Source: an uncultured Gemmatimonadales bacterium (GTDB lineage Bacteria > Gemmatimonadota > Gemmatimonadetes > Gemmatimonadales > Gemmatimonadaceae). From it: a stretch of 64,000 nucleotides of DNA. Positions within the stretch are counted from its first letter, which is position 1, and every line of letters begins with the position of its first letter. The DNA lies in NCBI GenBank assembly GCA_963850905.1, contig CAWKMU010000003.1:2176001-2240000 (forward strand), given 5' to 3'. Made by a program: the position numbers and the translations under genes. Positions 29,908 to 39,059 of the stretch are shown here, one piece after another. Below the pieces are notes generated by a model. That model made no database searches. It was not told the DNA's origin and was given only the letters and a program-made list of their open reading frames with translations.

Positions 29908-30264
29908 TCAGGAGGTTGGCATCTCCATGATGGGCCGCACTTCGATCGAGCCATAGCGCGACCCCGGGATCCTCGCCGCCAGCTGGATCGCCTCGTTGAG
30001 ATCCTTGGCTTCGACGAGATAGTAACCGCCGAGCTGCTCCTTGGTCTCGGCGAACGGCCCGTCGGTCGTCGACGCCTTGCCGTTGCGCATGCGGACGGTG
30101 GTCGCCGCCTGGGTCGGCTGCAGGGCGTTGCCGCCCAGGTAGTGGCCGCTCTTCTTGATCGCTTCAGTGTAGGCGAAGTATTCGGCCGACACTTTTTCCG
30201 TCTCCGCCTTGGGCATCTTGGTCCACTGCACCTGCTCACTGTAGATCAGGCAAAGGTATTTCAT
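29908..30264 (-). CDS. YciI/DGPF-domain protein
   Basis: MKYLCLIY...TDGPFAETKEQLGGYYLVEA...IEVRPI; RBS GGAGG. Confidence 0.92.
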   Translation of the reverse strand: MKYLCLIYSEQVQWTKMPKAETEKVSAEYFAYTEAIKKSGHYLGGNALQPTQAATTVRMRNGKASTTDGPFAETKEQLGGYYLVEAKDLNEAIQLAARIPGSRYGSIEVRPIMEMPTS

Positions 30265-30308
30265 GACGGGCCTCCGGATTGGGTTCGACACTGCGTGATC
30301 GGCAGATA

Positions 30309-30335
30309 GTCGTTCAGGGCCGGCTGATTTCGACA
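30309..30335 (-). promoter_or_regulatory. Putative ECF42-dependent (autoregulatory) promoter
   Basis: TGTCGA-N17-CGAC on the minus strand upstream of yciI, matching the described ECF42 -35 TGTCGA / -10 CG(A/T)C. Confidence 0.6.
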
Positions 30336-30414
30336 GGCGTTGCGAAAATAGTCGGGCTGCGCCATAAAGAATCCAACCAGGCGGCCGGAAGTGTTCCAAA
30401 AAAAAGGGTGCACC

Positions 30415-32094
30415 ATGCAATCGACAACGTACGACGCAATCGTCGTGGGATCGGGGATATCGGGAGGCTGGGCGGCAAAGGAGCTGACCGAACGCGGCTT
30501 GCACGTCCTCGTGCTCGAGCGTGGGCGCGACATCCCCCATATCACGGGCTACGTCAACGCGACCAAGGCCCCGTGGGAATACCCACACCGCGGTGGCCGA
30601 ACCCGGGATATGGTGCACCGGTATCCGGTGCTCGAGCGAGACTTCCCGTTGAGCGAGCGGAATCTCGACTACTGGGCGTCGGACGAAGACTCGCCATATA
30701 CGGAGGTCAAGCGCTTCGACTGGTTCCGTGGTTACCACGTCGGTGGTCGCTCGCTGATGTGGGGCCGCTGCAGCTTCCGATGGAGCGACATCGACTTCGA
30801 GGCGAACGCACGTGAGGGAATAGCAGTCGATTGGCCGATCCGCTACGCGGATCTCGAGTCCTGGTACAGCCATGTCGAGCGCTTCGTTGGGATCGCGGGA
30901 TCGAGGGAGGGGCTTCCGCAACTCCCCGATGGCGAGTTCCAGCCGGCGATGCCGTTGAACTGTGCCGAGTCGGTCATCGCCGACCGTTTGACGAGGCTCT
31001 TCGACGGGAAGCGTCGGTTGATTTCCAGCCGGACGGCGAATCTGACCCGGCCATTGCCCGGGCGGAGCGCCTGTCAGTATCGCAATGCCTGTTCGCTGGG
31101 TTGTCCCTATGGAGCCTACTTCAGCACCCAGTCGTCCACATTGCCCGCCGCGCTTGCCACGGGTCGCCTCACGCTCAGGGTATTCGCGATCGCGACCGAG
31201 GTCCTCTACGACCGCGATCGTAAGCGTGCGACCGGCGTGCGGGTGCTCGACGCAGTGACCAACCAGGTGACGGATTACCGCGCGAAAGTGGTGTTCCTGT
31301 GCGCATCGACGCTCAACACGGCGTGGCTCCTGTTGAGATCGGCGACCGATATCTGGCCAGGCGGGCTCGGGAGCAGCTCTGGCGAGCTGGGCCACAATCT
31401 CATGGACCATCACTTTCGGGCCGGTGCAGAGGGATACCTCGACGGTCTCGACGGTCGATACCTCTTTGGAAGGCGACCAAACCCGTCGTACATCCCGCGC
31501 TATCGAAACCTCTTCGGTGAGAAGCGTCCCTATCTGCGGGGGTTCGGCTACGAGGGGAGCGCCGCCCGCGACGGCTGGTCCCGGGCCGTGGCGGAACTGG
31601 GAGTCGGCGGTGCATTCAAGGACGCGATGGCCGAGCCGGGGCGGTGGTCGATCGGAGGCGTCGCGTTTGGCGAAATGCTACCTAACCACGAGAACATGGT
31701 CGGGCTGGACGAGACCAGAAAGGATAAATGGGGGCTGCCAGTGCTCAAGATCGATTGTGGCACCGGCGAGAACGAGCGACTGATGCGGTTGGACATGATG
31801 GCTGACATGGCAGAAACGCTCGAGGCGACGGGCGCAAAGGACGTCAAGACGTTCGACAGAGGATATTTTCCGGGCGCGGGCATCCACGAGATGGGGACCG
31901 CGCGCATGGGACGAAGTCCAACGACGTCGGTGTTGAACCGCTGGAACCAGATTTGGGATGCGCCGAACGTGTTTGTGACGGACGGTGCATGCATGGTCTC
32001 GACGGCGTGCCAGAATCCCTCGTTGACCTATATGGCGCTCACGGCGCGGGCGGCCGATCACGCGGTTCGGGAGCTGAACCGACGCAACCTATGA
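30415..32094 (+). CDS. GMC-family FAD oxidoreductase (glucoside 3-dehydrogenase-like flavoprotein subunit)
   Basis: GSGISGG, VGGRSLMWGR, CQYRNACSLGC, HEMGTARMG, QNPSLTYMALTARA. Confidence 0.9.
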   Translation: MQSTTYDAIVVGSGISGGWAAKELTERGLHVLVLERGRDIPHITGYVNATKAPWEYPHRGGRTRDMVHRYPVLERDFPLSERNLDYWASDEDSPYTEVKRFDWFRGYHVGGRSLMWGRCSFRWSDIDFEANAREGIAVDWPIRYADLESWYSHVERFVGIAGSREGLPQLPDGEFQPAMPLNCAESVIADRLTRLFDGKRRLISSRTANLTRPLPGRSACQYRNACSLGCPYGAYFSTQSSTLPAALATGRLTLRVFAIATEVLYDRDRKRATGVRVLDAVTNQVTDYRAKVVFLCASTLNTAWLLLRSATDIWPGGLGSSSGELGHNLMDHHFRAGAEGYLDGLDGRYLFGRRPNPSYIPRYRNLFGEKRPYLRGFGYEGSAARDGWSRAVAELGVGGAFKDAMAEPGRWSIGGVAFGEMLPNHENMVGLDETRKDKWGLPVLKIDCGTGENERLMRLDMMADMAETLEATGAKDVKTFDRGYFPGAGIHEMGTARMGRSPTTSVLNRWNQIWDAPNVFVTDGACMVSTACQNPSLTYMALTARAADHAVRELNRRNL

Positions 32095-32729
32095 CACACG
32101 CCGAACTGCCTGCCGATTCGCTCGTGCGCTCGGAGGAGCCGTCGATTGACCGCCGGGAAGCCATTCGGCGGGTTAGTGCGCTGCTCGGAGGTGCTGCACT
32201 CATCGGCGAGGGCGCGCTGTGGGCATCCTGCTCGAGTCGCGAGTCCGCACGGACGGCGAGCATTGGCGCGTTCTCGCCAGCCGACATTGCGTTCCTCGAC
32301 GAGATCGCCGAGACCATACTCCCCGAAACGCAGACGCCCGGCGCACGAGCTGCGGGCGTCGGACCGTTTATGGCCCTTATGGTGACTGACTGCTATGAGG
32401 CACTCGATCAGCAGATCTTCCACGCGGGCTTGAAGCAGCTCGACGATGCGTCCCGAAAGGCGACCGGGTCATCCTTCATATCTGCGTCCCCGGAAGAGCG
32501 ACTCTCGGTGCTCCAGGCACTGGACCGAGAGCAAAAGGCCTATATGGACGCCAAGCAGCCGGATGAGTCGAACCATTACTTCCGCATGATGAAGGAGCTC
32601 GCGCTCCTCGGGTACTTCACTTCGCAGATCGGCTGCACACGAGCGCAACGCTACGTGGAGTCCCCGGGGAGGTACGATCCCTGTACGCTATACACGCCGG
32701 GCGGTCCATCCTGGGCCGCGCATGCCTGA
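32091..32729 (+). CDS. Gluconate 2-dehydrogenase subunit 3 family protein (Tat signal)
   Basis: SIDRREAI, ETILPETQTPGA, YFRMMKELALLGYFTS; ATGA overlap with the GMC gene. Confidence 0.88.
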   Translation: MTHAELPADSLVRSEEPSIDRREAIRRVSALLGGAALIGEGALWASCSSRESARTASIGAFSPADIAFLDEIAETILPETQTPGARAAGVGPFMALMVTDCYEALDQQIFHAGLKQLDDASRKATGSSFISASPEERLSVLQALDREQKAYMDAKQPDESNHYFRMMKELALLGYFTSQIGCTRAQRYVESPGRYDPCTLYTPGGPSWAAHA

Positions 32730-32789
32730 TGCGTCTCCTTTCCCCTTTCCGTCCCTCTCCTCTCTCGACGCCCGAAGCGCCCATCCCCT

Positions 32790-33175
32790 ATGCCACTGGA
32801 CTATCTGCTGAAGACGGAGCCGTCCGAGTATTCGTTCGCTGACTTGCAGCGTGACGGCGAGACGCTGTGGGATGGCGTGGCGAATCCGGTTGCTGTCAGA
32901 CACTTGCGAGAGATGAGTCGCGGGGCTCGGCTCGTCATTACGAGACCGGCACCCACAAGAGCGCGATCGGCACGGCGTCAGTAGTCTCGGTCGATAATAC
33001 GGACCCAAAGGGGCCGCGGGTCACCATCAAGGTAGGTCGACCCCTCGGCCAGCCTGTGACGTTGGCGACGATCAAGAGCAACCGCTTATTCGCCGACTCC
33101 CCGCTCGTGCGCCAAGGACGGCTGTCCGTCGTGCCGCTGACTGCGTCCCAATACGCGTTCTTGACCAAATCCTAG
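32790..33175 (+). CDS. EVE domain protein (frameshift near 32940)
   Basis: YLLKTEPSEYSFADL...WDGVANP in one frame, continuing as YETG...VTLATIK...LVRQGRLSVVP in the next. Confidence 0.85.
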
Positions 33176-33191
33176 GCCAGCCTCGAATTCG

Positions 33192-33220
33192 TTGACAGCG
33201 GTTGGGCCGGTCCGTAGCCT
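33192..33220 (+). promoter_or_regulatory. Sigma70-type promoter
   Basis: TTGACA-N17-TAGCCT upstream of the tonB-like gene. Confidence 0.6.
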
Positions 33221-33315
33221 TCGATTTATCTCATCCGCCACGGCAGAGTGGGCCGTACGATGACGGATCGCTCCGATTGGCTCCCATTGGGTGTCTCGAA
33301 CGGTACGGAGAGGGC

Positions 33316-34047
33316 GTGACGCGATCGTTTGTCCTGCCTCCCGCACCGCCTCTTGTCTCGCCAGGCGCGATGTCGCTGGCTACCGCGACCATCGGACTGA
33401 TCTTGTTTGCGGCGATTTGGCAGCCGCCCGTAGCCATGATCCAGCCCCACATATCGCGGGACCGGGAAGACGTGCGATTCTTGTTGCCGCTGCGACCTCC
33501 GCGCATCCCGATCTCGCAGACGACGCTCCTGTGGCGTCCCGATCGGTTTGCCAACGGACTGTGGGGAACCGGCCAGCAGCTCGTCGCGGCGGCCCAACGG
33601 GCGGCCACGTCCGGCGCGGCCCCACGAAGTGCCCCGGGAGCCCACCACGCGCGGCCCGTCGTACACGAAGTAGGACCGGACACCACGAAAGGGACGGTTT
33701 ATATCGAGTCTGAGCTCGACCGACCCGTCGAACGGGACCCGTTGAGTGGGGGTCCGGAATATCCCAAGTGGCTCGAGCAGGACCACATCGAAGGCGCCGT
33801 CACTGCCTCGTTCATCGTCGACTCGACGGGACTCGCCGACAGTTCATCGCTGAGCATCCGCTCGGCGACGAATCCGGCGTTCGCGGAGGCTGTGCGCGCG
33901 GCGATTCCCCTGATGCGATTTCGGCCGGCGGAGCTGAACGGGCGGCACGTCCGCCAGCTCGTGATGCAGGAATTTCGCTTTGTGATTGGGCCGCCGGCGC
34001 CCGTCACCCCACAACCTGGCCTTCCGGCGCCAGCGAGCGTGCATTAG
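33316..34047 (+). CDS. TonB C-terminal domain protein (energy transducer TonB-like)
   Basis: N-terminal TM segment; PEYPKWLEQDHIEGAVTASFIVDSTG...RFRPAELNGRHVRQLVMQEFRF. Start approximate. Confidence 0.8.
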   Translation: MTRSFVLPPAPPLVSPGAMSLATATIGLILFAAIWQPPVAMIQPHISRDREDVRFLLPLRPPRIPISQTTLLWRPDRFANGLWGTGQQLVAAAQRAATSGAAPRSAPGAHHARPVVHEVGPDTTKGTVYIESELDRPVERDPLSGGPEYPKWLEQDHIEGAVTASFIVDSTGLADSSSLSIRSATNPAFAEAVRAAIPLMRFRPAELNGRHVRQLVMQEFRFVIGPPAPVTPQPGLPAPASVH

Positions 34048-34050
34048 GGC

Positions 34051-34177
34051 TAGACGCTAGACGCTAGGGACGCTAGACGTTAAGACGTTAGACGTTGGAA
34101 GACAAACCTCGGGGCCGGCGAAGTGCGCCGCTGCTGGCCCCGAGGTTTCTTTCCAGCGTCTAACGTCTAGCGTCTAA
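34051..34177. repeat. Terminator-like 13-bp hairpin nested in inverted TAGACGY heptamer arrays
   Basis: About six TAGACG(C/T) units, then AAACCTCGGGGCC (34104-34116) / GGCCCCGAGGTTT (34136-34148) plus CTTTCC, then three RCGTCTA units. Confidence 0.8.
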
Positions 34178-34198
34178 CGCCTTGATGAGAGGAGCGCC

Positions 34199-34453
34199 GT
34201 GAAGCGACGGGAGGTGTTGGTAACACTGGCAATGTCCGGAGCGGTCGCAATGCTGCCCGACTGTGCGCGGGTCGAAGCCGCGCCTGGCGTGCTAACTGAA
34301 GAGCAGATGCGTGCCGTGCTTCGACTGAATGGCCTGGAGTTGAGTCCAGGCGAAGGGCCGGCCGTCCTGGCCTCCTTCAACTCGAGTCGGTTTCCCGCGG
34401 CCGTGGATCCGACGATTCAACCGACGGATTTCGACGCCGACGTCAATGTATGA
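34199..34453 (+). CDS. Small Tat-signal protein, possible GatC/AtzG-like amidase partner
   Basis: RBS GAGGAG, MKRREVL twin-arginine motif, ATGA overlap with the amidase. Confidence 0.6.
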   Translation: MKRREVLVTLAMSGAVAMLPDCARVEAAPGVLTEEQMRAVLRLNGLELSPGEGPAVLASFNSSRFPAAVDPTIQPTDFDADVNV

Positions 34454-35871
34454 CAAGTGAGAGCGCGTTTGCGACCATCGCCGAGCTCGGTCCTGAGATT
34501 CGGCGACGCCAAATATCCTGCGTTGAACTGGTGCGGGCGGCGCTCGATCGAACGCAGCGGTTCGAGCATGTCTTGAACACGTATATCACTCTGCTGCCGG
34601 ATCAGGCCCTCGCAGACGCGAAGGTGCTTGACGAGGAACTCGCGCGTGGTCACTATCGCGGACCGCTTCACGGAATACCCATCAGCATCAAGGACCACAT
34701 TGCCACGGCCGGAATTCGAACGACGGCGGGTGCGAAATCGCGCATCTCCAACGTGCCGACGGCAGATGCCGCCGTAGTTCGGCGCATGAAGCAAGCCGGC
34801 ACGGTGCTGATCGGCAAAGCGAACATGAACAAATTCGCGGACGGTGAGTCCGGTGTGAACCCTGACTTCGGCAAGATCGGGAACCCATGGAATGCGACGT
34901 TCTCACCCGGAGGATCGAGCGGCGGATCCGGCGCACAGGTGGCGGCCGGCCTTGTCCCGCTGTCCGTGGGGTCGGACAATGGGGGATCAGTTCGTATCCC
35001 GGCAGCGGTCTGCGGTGTCGTCGGGCTCAAGCCGACGCACGGGCGCGTCAGCCTGGAAGGTATTTTCCCCCGGCTCTACTCTCTCGATCACGCCGGCCCA
35101 TTGACCAGAACTGTCACTGACTGCGCCATCGCTCTCCAGGCACTCGCGGGACACGACGCTGGCGACCTCACCACCGCCCGGAAACCGGTTCCCGACTACT
35201 CGAAGGATCTGCGCTCGGGCGTCAAGGGCATGGTCATTGGCGTCGACCGAGCCTTCACGACGATCGGTGAGCCCGATGTATTGGCCGCGTTCACCCGGGC
35301 GCTCGATTCGTTCCGGTCGCTCGGTGCATCCATCGCGGATGTGTCATTCCCCGGCTACGAGCAGTGCGGAGCCGTTGGGAACACGATCGGGGCGTGCGAG
35401 GAGACCGTGGGGATCGTGGGTCTCTATCACGCCCATCCAAGTGATTTCGAGAACACGCAGCCTCCGGCGTCGAGCACGGCGGATATCAAGGCGGGTGCCC
35501 TCATACCGGCGGTCGACTACATCCGCGCGACGCAACAGCGTCGGGTGTTGCAGGCCGCGTATGCTCGCGCAACAGGGGGCGTGTCGGTCCTCGTGGCACC
35601 GACGTACCCCTTTGCGCCGCGTCCCTACGGGGCATACCCGAGAGTCCAAGGCCGACAGTACACGGCCGACAATGCCATCCACTACACGTTTCCCTTCAAT
35701 GTGCTGGGCGTGCCGGCGATCTCGGTGCCCTGTGGGTTTTCGGGTGCCGGTTCGCCGATCGGCCTGCAGATCGTCGGCCGACCCTTCGACGAAGCTACGG
35801 TCTTGCGCGCCGCATACGCGTACGAGCAAGCGACCGAGTGGCACACGCATCACCCGGTGGTTACAAGTTGA
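34450..35871 (+). CDS. Amidase signature family protein
   Basis: GPLHGIPISIKD (Lys), PGGSSGGS, GSDNGGSVRIPA (Ser nucleophile), GLKPTHGRVS. Confidence 0.92.
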   Translation: MTSESAFATIAELGPEIRRRQISCVELVRAALDRTQRFEHVLNTYITLLPDQALADAKVLDEELARGHYRGPLHGIPISIKDHIATAGIRTTAGAKSRISNVPTADAAVVRRMKQAGTVLIGKANMNKFADGESGVNPDFGKIGNPWNATFSPGGSSGGSGAQVAAGLVPLSVGSDNGGSVRIPAAVCGVVGLKPTHGRVSLEGIFPRLYSLDHAGPLTRTVTDCAIALQALAGHDAGDLTTARKPVPDYSKDLRSGVKGMVIGVDRAFTTIGEPDVLAAFTRALDSFRSLGASIADVSFPGYEQCGAVGNTIGACEETVGIVGLYHAHPSDFENTQPPASSTADIKAGALIPAVDYIRATQQRRVLQAAYARATGGVSVLVAPTYPFAPRPYGAYPRVQGRQYTADNAIHYTFPFNVLGVPAISVPCGFSGAGSPIGLQIVGRPFDEATVLRAAYAYEQATEWHTHHPVVTS

Positions 35872-36887
35872 AGGTTGGCGAGGTCGACGTCGTCGAGTTG
35901 GCGCGCGAGTTGGTCGCGGTGCCATCGGTATCTGGCGCCGAGTGTGATGTCGCGACGTGGGTTGCGCAATGGCTCATCGACCGAGGCTGGCGTGTCACCG
36001 AGCAACCGGTGACGGCCGGTCGGAGCAACGTCTGGGCTACCCGGGATGCACAGGCACTGGTCACCTTGTCGACGCATCTCGACACGGTGCCGCCCTACAT
36101 CGCGCCTCGGATCAATGGTGGGAGATTGTACGGCCGCGGGGCGTGCAATGCCAAAGGCATCGCTGCGGCCATGTTGGCCGCCGGGGATCGGCTCGTTCAG
36201 TCTGGCGAGCCTCGCGTCGGGCTGCTCTTTGTCGTTGGTGAAGAGGAGGGCTCCGACGGAGCGCGCGCCGCCAACCGGCTGCCAACGAACAGCCACTATC
36301 TGATTAACGGCGAGCCGACGGAAAGTCGCATGGCGAGCGGGGCCAAAGGTTCTTTGCGCATCCTGGTGCGCACGACGGGACGCGAAGCCCATTCCGCCTA
36401 TCCATCGCTCGGCCGCTCGGCCATCGTACCGCTCGTTGAGCTGCTCGCGCGACTGCCATCCCTCCCGCTGCCCTCCGACCCGGTACTGGGGGAGACGACG
36501 ATCAACGTCGGCATCGTGCGCGGTGGCTCCGCTGGCAACGTCATCCCAGGGCAGGCCGAAGCTGAGCTCTTGGCGCGGGTCGTCGGTCCGGTGCAGGAGT
36601 TGCGCGACCTCATCGACCAGTGGGCCGGATCCACTGCTTCCATCGAGTACGGCGCGTTCATTCCCCCGCAACGGTTCCGTACGCTGCCGGGGTTCGACGT
36701 GGCGGCAATGGCATACACGTCGGATATCCCGTTGTTGGATCGGTGGGGGGCCCCGCTACTCTTCGGGCCGGGATCGATCCACGTGGCGCACACCGCAGAC
36801 GAATACATTGATCTAACCGAGCTACGCGCAAGCGTCGATGCATACGAGCGACTGGTGCGCATGCTGTTAGCCTCTGACGCAGCGTGA
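35868..36887 (+). CDS. M20 family metallopeptidase (ArgE/DapE-like deacylase)
   Basis: STHLDTVPP, LYGRGACNAKG, VGEEEG, NGEPT, GPGSIHVAHTADE. Confidence 0.85.
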   Translation: MKVGEVDVVELARELVAVPSVSGAECDVATWVAQWLIDRGWRVTEQPVTAGRSNVWATRDAQALVTLSTHLDTVPPYIAPRINGGRLYGRGACNAKGIAAAMLAAGDRLVQSGEPRVGLLFVVGEEEGSDGARAANRLPTNSHYLINGEPTESRMASGAKGSLRILVRTTGREAHSAYPSLGRSAIVPLVELLARLPSLPLPSDPVLGETTINVGIVRGGSAGNVIPGQAEAELLARVVGPVQELRDLIDQWAGSTASIEYGAFIPPQRFRTLPGFDVAAMAYTSDIPLLDRWGAPLLFGPGSIHVAHTADEYIDLTELRASVDAYERLVRMLLASDAA

Positions 36888-37759
36888 TGTCTGCCCCGCA
36901 TTCTGATTCGAATAGCCGTCAGGTCGCGTCCCTCCGGGAGGCGGTCGAACGCCTGAGTGAGGCGCCCAGCCGTGATGTCATCGACGACCTGCTTGCGGCG
37001 CTCGAGTCCGCCGTGGTCCGCGCGGCGGTGCGCAACGCCGAGGGGAAGTGGGAAGCGGTGCCCTGGGTCAAACGGGGCATTCTTGCAGCATTCCGGGTGG
37101 GCGTCATGGCCGACCTCTCGCCACGAGAGAGTACAGGCGACCGCATCGCGCCATTCACTTTCATTGACAAGGACACGCTGCCTGCACGGTCGTTCACGGT
37201 TGATGACGGGGTGCGAATCGTGCCAGGCGGTTCGACGATTCGCCGGGGCGCGCATGTCTCCCACGGCGTGGTCTGCATGCCACCGATCTACGTGAATGTG
37301 GGCGCATTCGTCGATAGCGACACCATGGTCGACTCGCATGTCCTGGTCGGCTCGTGTGCCCAGGTTGGCGCGCGCGTCCATCTGAGCGCCGGCGTCCAGA
37401 TTGGCGGTGTACTCGAGCCGGTGAATGCCTCACCGGTCATCATCGAGGACGACGTCGTGATCGGCGGGAACTGTGGCGTGTACGAGGGCGTTGTCGTCCG
37501 AGAGCGCGCGGTGCTGGGTGCTGGTGTGGTCCTGACCAGGAGCATGCCGGTGTACGATCTCGTCCGCCGCGCCGTCTACCGCTCCACGTCTACCGCGGCG
37601 CTCGAGATCCCAGCGGGAGCAGTCGTTGTCCCGGGCACGCGACCAGCGGCGGGTGAGTGGGCGCGTGATGAGGGGCTTGCGTTGGCGACCGCGATCATCG
37701 TCAAATACCGCGACGCGAAGACAGACGCCGCTACGGTGCTCGAATCGGCGCTTCGGTAG
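36884..37759 (+). CDS. dapD: 2,3,4,5-tetrahydropyridine-2,6-dicarboxylate N-succinyltransferase
   Basis: WVKRGIL, DKD, RIVPGG, YVNVGAFVD, VGSCAQVG, IGGVLEP. Confidence 0.93.
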   Translation: MMSAPHSDSNSRQVASLREAVERLSEAPSRDVIDDLLAALESAVVRAAVRNAEGKWEAVPWVKRGILAAFRVGVMADLSPRESTGDRIAPFTFIDKDTLPARSFTVDDGVRIVPGGSTIRRGAHVSHGVVCMPPIYVNVGAFVDSDTMVDSHVLVGSCAQVGARVHLSAGVQIGGVLEPVNASPVIIEDDVVIGGNCGVYEGVVVRERAVLGAGVVLTRSMPVYDLVRRAVYRSTSTAALEIPAGAVVVPGTRPAAGEWARDEGLALATAIIVKYRDAKTDAATVLESALR

Positions 37760-37762
37760 ACG

Positions 37763-39059
37763 CTAGCGGTGGGAGGCGCGGTGATCCAGCACGCGGAGGG
37801 CTTTCCCCTCGCTTCGCGGCAGCTCGTGGTGCGCAGTGACTTCGACCCGGAAGGTCAGTCCGGTTTCCCTGTGCAGCGCCCGTTCCACCTGCGTGCGCAG
37901 CGCCGATCGGTCGACGGTCTCGCTCACGGGCTCGCATCGCACCAACAACTCATCGAGTGTGCCCGGACGCGTCACGACGAGTTGGTAGTGCGGAGCGACA
38001 TCGCCGATGCTCAGCAGGATCCGCTCCACCTCGGAGGGGAAAAGATTCACGCCACGAATGATCAGCATGTCGTCGTAGCGTCCCCTGATACGCGCCATCC
38101 GCGACGTGGTGCGCCCGCACGGGCATGGTGCGATGTCGAGTGCGGACATATCGCCGGTCCGGTATCGGATGAGCGGCATTGCCTCCTTGGACAGCGTGGT
38201 GAACACCAATTCGCCCGGCTCGCCCGGCGACAATGGCTGGCCGCTGACAGGGTCAATGACCTCAGGGTAGAAGTGGTCTTCATTCACGTGAGAGCCGTTT
38301 CGCCCTTCGACGCATTCGGCTGACACGCCCGGGCCGACGATTTCGGACAACCCATAAATGTTGAGGGCGACAATGTGCAGTCGCCGCTCGATCGCGCTTC
38401 GCAATTCTTCCGTCCAGGGTTCAGCACCGAAGATGCCAATCGCGAGCCGCAGACTGCTCAGGTCGATATGCGCGGCATCGAGCGCCTCGGCGATGCTGAC
38501 CGCGTAGGATGGTGTACAGCAGAGCACCTGAGCGCCGAGATCCCGCAGCAACATCGCCTGGCGCTCGGTGAAGCCACCTGAAATGGGCAGGACCTGGCAC
38601 CCGAGTCGCTCGGCACCCTGATGAAGACCGAGGCCCCCAGTGAACAGGCCGTATCCGTACGCGTTCTGAATGAGCATCCCCGGTCGCACACCGGCCATCG
38701 CAAGGCAGCGAGCGACGACCTCCGACCAGACATCGAGATCATGGCGCGTGTAACCGACGACGGTCGGCTTGCCAACGCGTGCCGCTCAATGCATGAATGC
38801 GCGTCAGGCGGTCGACCGGTACCGCGAGCAATCCGAAGGGGTAATGGTCCCGCAAATCCGACTTGGTGGCGAAAGGCAGGTGCCCGAGGTCGGCGAGCGA
38901 GCGAATGTCGCTGGCGGAGGTCAGGCCGGACGTTCGCAGGCGTTCCGCGAAGACGGGGACATGGGCGAGGACGCGCGCGACCGTCGCTCGCAGGCGTTCG
39001 AGTTGTAGAGCCCGCAACGCTTCGAGAGGCAGGCTCTCCGCATCAGGTTGCCAGATCAC
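37763..39059 (-). CDS. paaK: Phenylacetate-CoA ligase (frameshift near 38780)
   Basis: KSDLRDHYPFG, IHA(S)SGT, YGYGLFTGGLG, IYGLSEIVGPGV, LIRYRTGD, LPRSEGKA. GTG start overlaps the upstream stop. Confidence 0.9.

Noticed and set aside
29908..31413. Apparent 501-aa protein ending in a YciI domain
   Set aside because: Only 29908-30264 is real. The rest is the antisense shadow of the GMC gene, and an RBS and ATG lie at 30264.
32790..33175. Programmed ribosomal frameshift in the EVE gene (and in paa/RND genes)
   Set aside because: No slippery heptamer or stimulatory structure is evident, and indels are widespread in this window, so error is more parsimonious.
34450..35871. Calling the amidase gatA
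   Set aside because: No gatB is adjacent, and GatA-specific motifs (DEFAMGS) are absent.
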